From the human T2T-CHM13v2.0 reference genome, Homo sapiens: a stretch of 64,000 nt of DNA. The stretch's first letter is position 1. The number at the start of each line of letters is the position of its first letter. The translations under genes were made by a program, and so were the position numbers. Shown here piece by piece: positions 61,301 through 64,000 of the stretch. The stretch spans positions 10,784,001 to 10,848,000 of the forward strand of contig CP068257.2 of NCBI GenBank assembly GCA_009914755.4, given 5' to 3'. Under the pieces are notes generated by a model, which made no database searches, had not been told where the DNA came from, and saw only the letters and a program-made list of their open reading frames with translations.

Positions 61301-64000
61301 ATATATTAAATCACCCAAATATATATTGTATACTGTATATAAAATATGAAGGTACTTCAAATATATATTATATGCTGCACATAAAATATCAAAGTACCCA
61401 AAGTATGCATTACATACTGTACATAAAATATCAAAGTACACAAATTATATATTATATAATGTACATAAAATATGAAGGTTCATAAAATATATTTTATATT
61501 CTGTACATAATATATCAAAGTACATCAATTATATATTATATACGGTACATAAAATATCAAAGTACCCAAAATATGTATTATTTACTGTACATAAAATATG
61601 AAAGTAACCAAACATTTATAATAAACTGTACATGAAATATCAAAGTACTCAATCTACATATTATATACAGTATATAAAATATCAAAGTACACAAACTGTA
61701 TATTATATACTGTACATAATATATCAAAGTACCCAGAATATATAGCATACTGTACATAAAATATCAAAGTACCCAAAATATATATTGTATACTGTACATA
61801 AAATATAAAGGTACATCAAAGATATATTCTGTACATAAAATATCAAATTACACCAAATATATATTATATGCTGTACATAATATATTAAAGTTGCCCATAT
61901 ATACATTATATACTGTACATAAAATATGAACGTACATCAAATATATAGTATATGCTGCACATAAAATATCAAAGTACCCAAAGTATGTATTATACACTGT
62001 ACATAAAATATCAAAGTACCAAAAGTATATATTACATACTGTAAATAAAATATGAAGGTACCTCAAATATATATTATATTCTCTACATAAAATATAAAAG
62101 TACACCAAGTATATACTATATACTCTGCATAAAATATTAAATTACCCAAAATATGTATTGTATTGTGTACATAAAATATGAAAGTAACCAAACATTTATA
62201 ATAAACTGTACATAAAATATCAAAGTACTCAAACTGTATATTATATACTGTACATAAAGTATCAAAGTACCCAAACTGTGTAGTATATACTGTACATAAA
62301 ATATCAAGGTACCCAAAATATATATTGTAAACAGTAGATAAAATATCAAAGTACCCAAAATATATATTATATACTGTACATAAAATATGAAGGCACATCC
62401 AATATATATTATATTCTGTACATAAAATATCAAAGTACACCAAATGTATATTATATACTGTACATAAAATATCAAAGTACCCAACGTGTATATTATATAC
62501 TGTACACAAAATATGAAGGTTCATCAAATATATTTTATATTCTGTACATAATATATCAAAGTACATCTAATATATATTATATACGGTACATAAAATATCA
62601 AAGTACCAAAAATATGTATTATATACTGTACATAAAATATGAAAGTAACCAAACATTTATAATAAATTGTACATAAAATATCAAAGTACTCAAACTACAT
62701 ATTATATACAGTATATAAAATATCAAAGTACCCAAAGTGTATATTATATACTGTACATAATATATCAAAGTACCCGAATATATAGCATACTGTACATAAA
62801 ATATCAAATTAGCCAAAATATATATTGTATACTGTACATAAAATATGAAGGTACATCCAAGATATATTATATTGTGTACATAAAATATCAAAGTACACCA
62901 AATATATATTATATGCTGTACATAATATATTAAAGTTGCCCAAATATATATTATATACTGTACATAAAATATGAAGGCACATCAAATATATAGTATATGC
63001 TGCACATAAAATATCAAAGTACCCAAAGTATGTAATATATACTGTACATAACATATCAAAGTACCAAAAGTATATATTACCTACTGTAAATAAAATATGA
63101 AGGTACCTCAAATATACATTATATTCTGTACATAAAATATCAAAGTACACCAAATATATACTATATACTGTACATACAATATTAAATTACCCACAATATG
63201 TATTGTATTGTGTACATAAAATATGAAAGTAACCAAACATTTATAATAAACTGTACATAAAATATCAAAGTACTCAAACTGTATATTATATACTGTACAT
63301 AAAGTATCAAAGTACCCAAACTGTGTAGTATACACTGTACATAAAATATCAAGGTACCCAAAATATATATTGTAAACTGTAGATACGATATCAAATTACC
63401 CAAAATATATATTATATACTGTACATAAAATATGAAGGCACATCCAGTATATATTATATTCTGTACATAAAATATCAAAGTACACCAAATGTATATTATA
63501 TACTGTACATAAAATATAAAAGTACCCCAAGTATATATTATATACTCTACATAAAATATGAAAGTACCCAAAATATATATTATATACTGTACATAAAATA
63601 TCAAAGTACCCATAGTATGTATTATATCCTGTACATAAAATATGAAGGTACATCAAATATATATTATATTCTGCACATAAAATATATTACACCAAATATA
63701 TATTATATACTGTACATAAAATATGAAGGTACATCAAATGTATATTATATGCTGCACATAAAATATCAAAGCCCCAAAGTTTGTATTATATACTGTACAT
63801 AAAATATCAAAGTGTCCAAAGTGTATATTATATACTGTACATAAAATATGAAGGTACATCCGATACATATTATATTCTGTACATAAAATACCAAAGTACA
63901 CCAAGTATATATTATATACTGTACATAAAATATTAAATTACCCGAAATATGTATTGTATACTGTACATAAAATATGAAAGTAACCAAACATTTATAATAA
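49190..64000 (+). repeat. homogenised higher-order-repeat (HOR) domain of satellite I: ~3.3-kb HOR (~79 monomers) with 3.1-kb and 2.2-kb deletion variants
   Basis: Identical or nearly identical long blocks recur. The plus-strand ORF starting MILCTVHNILNHPNIYCILYIKYEG... sits at 49396, 52704, 55802, 57978 and 61285, giving spacings of 3305, 3098, 2176 and 3307 bp. Minus-strand blocks at 50259, 53561, 58835 and 62137 give spacings of 3302, 5274 (=3098+2176) and 3302 bp. The 126-aa and 139-aa track ORFs at 51927/55025/60508 and 51989/55087/60570 are 100% identical. Confidence 0.8.

Larger units (their letters stand above)
34135..64000 (+). repeat. classical satellite I (HSat1A / RepeatMasker SAR-type) array, 42-bp A(17)+B(25) unit, >29.8 kb, continues past window end
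   Basis: ~700 tandem copies of ACATAAAATATCAAAGT|ACCCAAA(G/A)TAT(A/G)TATTATATACTGT (period 42, variants 37-43 bp). The A-rich strand is on + throughout. The first recognisable monomer is at ~34155. Confidence 0.9.

Noticed and set aside
34135-64000. Hundreds of overlapping Y/I/L/K/Q-rich ORFs (60-180 aa) on both strands across the satellite, many recurring with 100% identity
   Set aside because: Artefact of an AT-rich 42-bp repeat. 42 = 14 codons, so a frame that happens to lack TAA/TAG/TGA stays open across many monomers. Identical copies reflect the HOR, not selection. Composition is not protein-like and no known domain is present.
34135-64000. CRISPR-like appearance (short ~42-bp direct repeats in a long array)
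   Set aside because: Repeats are contiguous with no unique spacers. The sequence is a known primate satellite in a eukaryotic context (Alu/L1-rich flanks). No cas genes or any prokaryotic gene structure are present.

Overview
This is primate (almost certainly human/hominoid) genomic DNA. It is not prokaryotic: there is no operon structure and no believable long ORF, so there is no defence-system-like gene cluster here.

Left to right:
- (i) 1-1210: a CpG island, cut by the window edge, containing a consensus GGTAAGT splice donor. It is a candidate promoter/first exon of a gene I cannot name.
- (ii) 1.4-17.1 kb: AT-rich euchromatic DNA packed with interspersed repeats.
  - Seven Alus, several with recognisable target-site duplications.
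  - Three old antisense L1 fragments and two sense L1 3' fragments.
  - Two non-autonomous DNA transposons, one Tigger-like and one palindromic element split by an Alu.
  - A 5'-truncated, frameshifted processed pseudogene of EIF3F on the minus strand (11857-12908), with poly(A) tail and a possible TSD.
- (iii) 17.1-34.1 kb: eight head-to-tail copies of a composite 1.85-2.9 kb unit. Each unit is ~565 bp of unique sequence, a sense Alu, and a length-variable TA-rich block that starts exactly at the Alu poly(A) tail. The units fall into two subfamilies (copies 1-3 and 4-8).
- (iv) 34.1-64.0 kb (window end): a >30 kb array of classical human satellite I (42-bp A+B unit ACATAAAATATCAAAGT + ACCCAAAGTATATATTATATACTGT, i.e. 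HSat1A/SAR-type).
  - Monomers are divergent at the proximal edge.
  - An irregularly repeated middle domain spans 37.5-49 kb.
  - A highly homogenised higher-order-repeat domain (~3.3 kb HOR with 3.1 kb and 2.2 kb deletion variants) spans ~49.2 kb to the end.

The whole 47-kb tandem block keeps one orientation. The window is therefore an arm-to-pericentromeric-satellite transition.

No protein-coding gene can be supported. The many Y/I/L-rich ORFs in the supplied track are artefacts of the 42-bp (14-codon) periodic AT-rich satellite.

The most interesting item is the composite Alu-containing macrosatellite and its apparent relationship to the abutting satellite I array.
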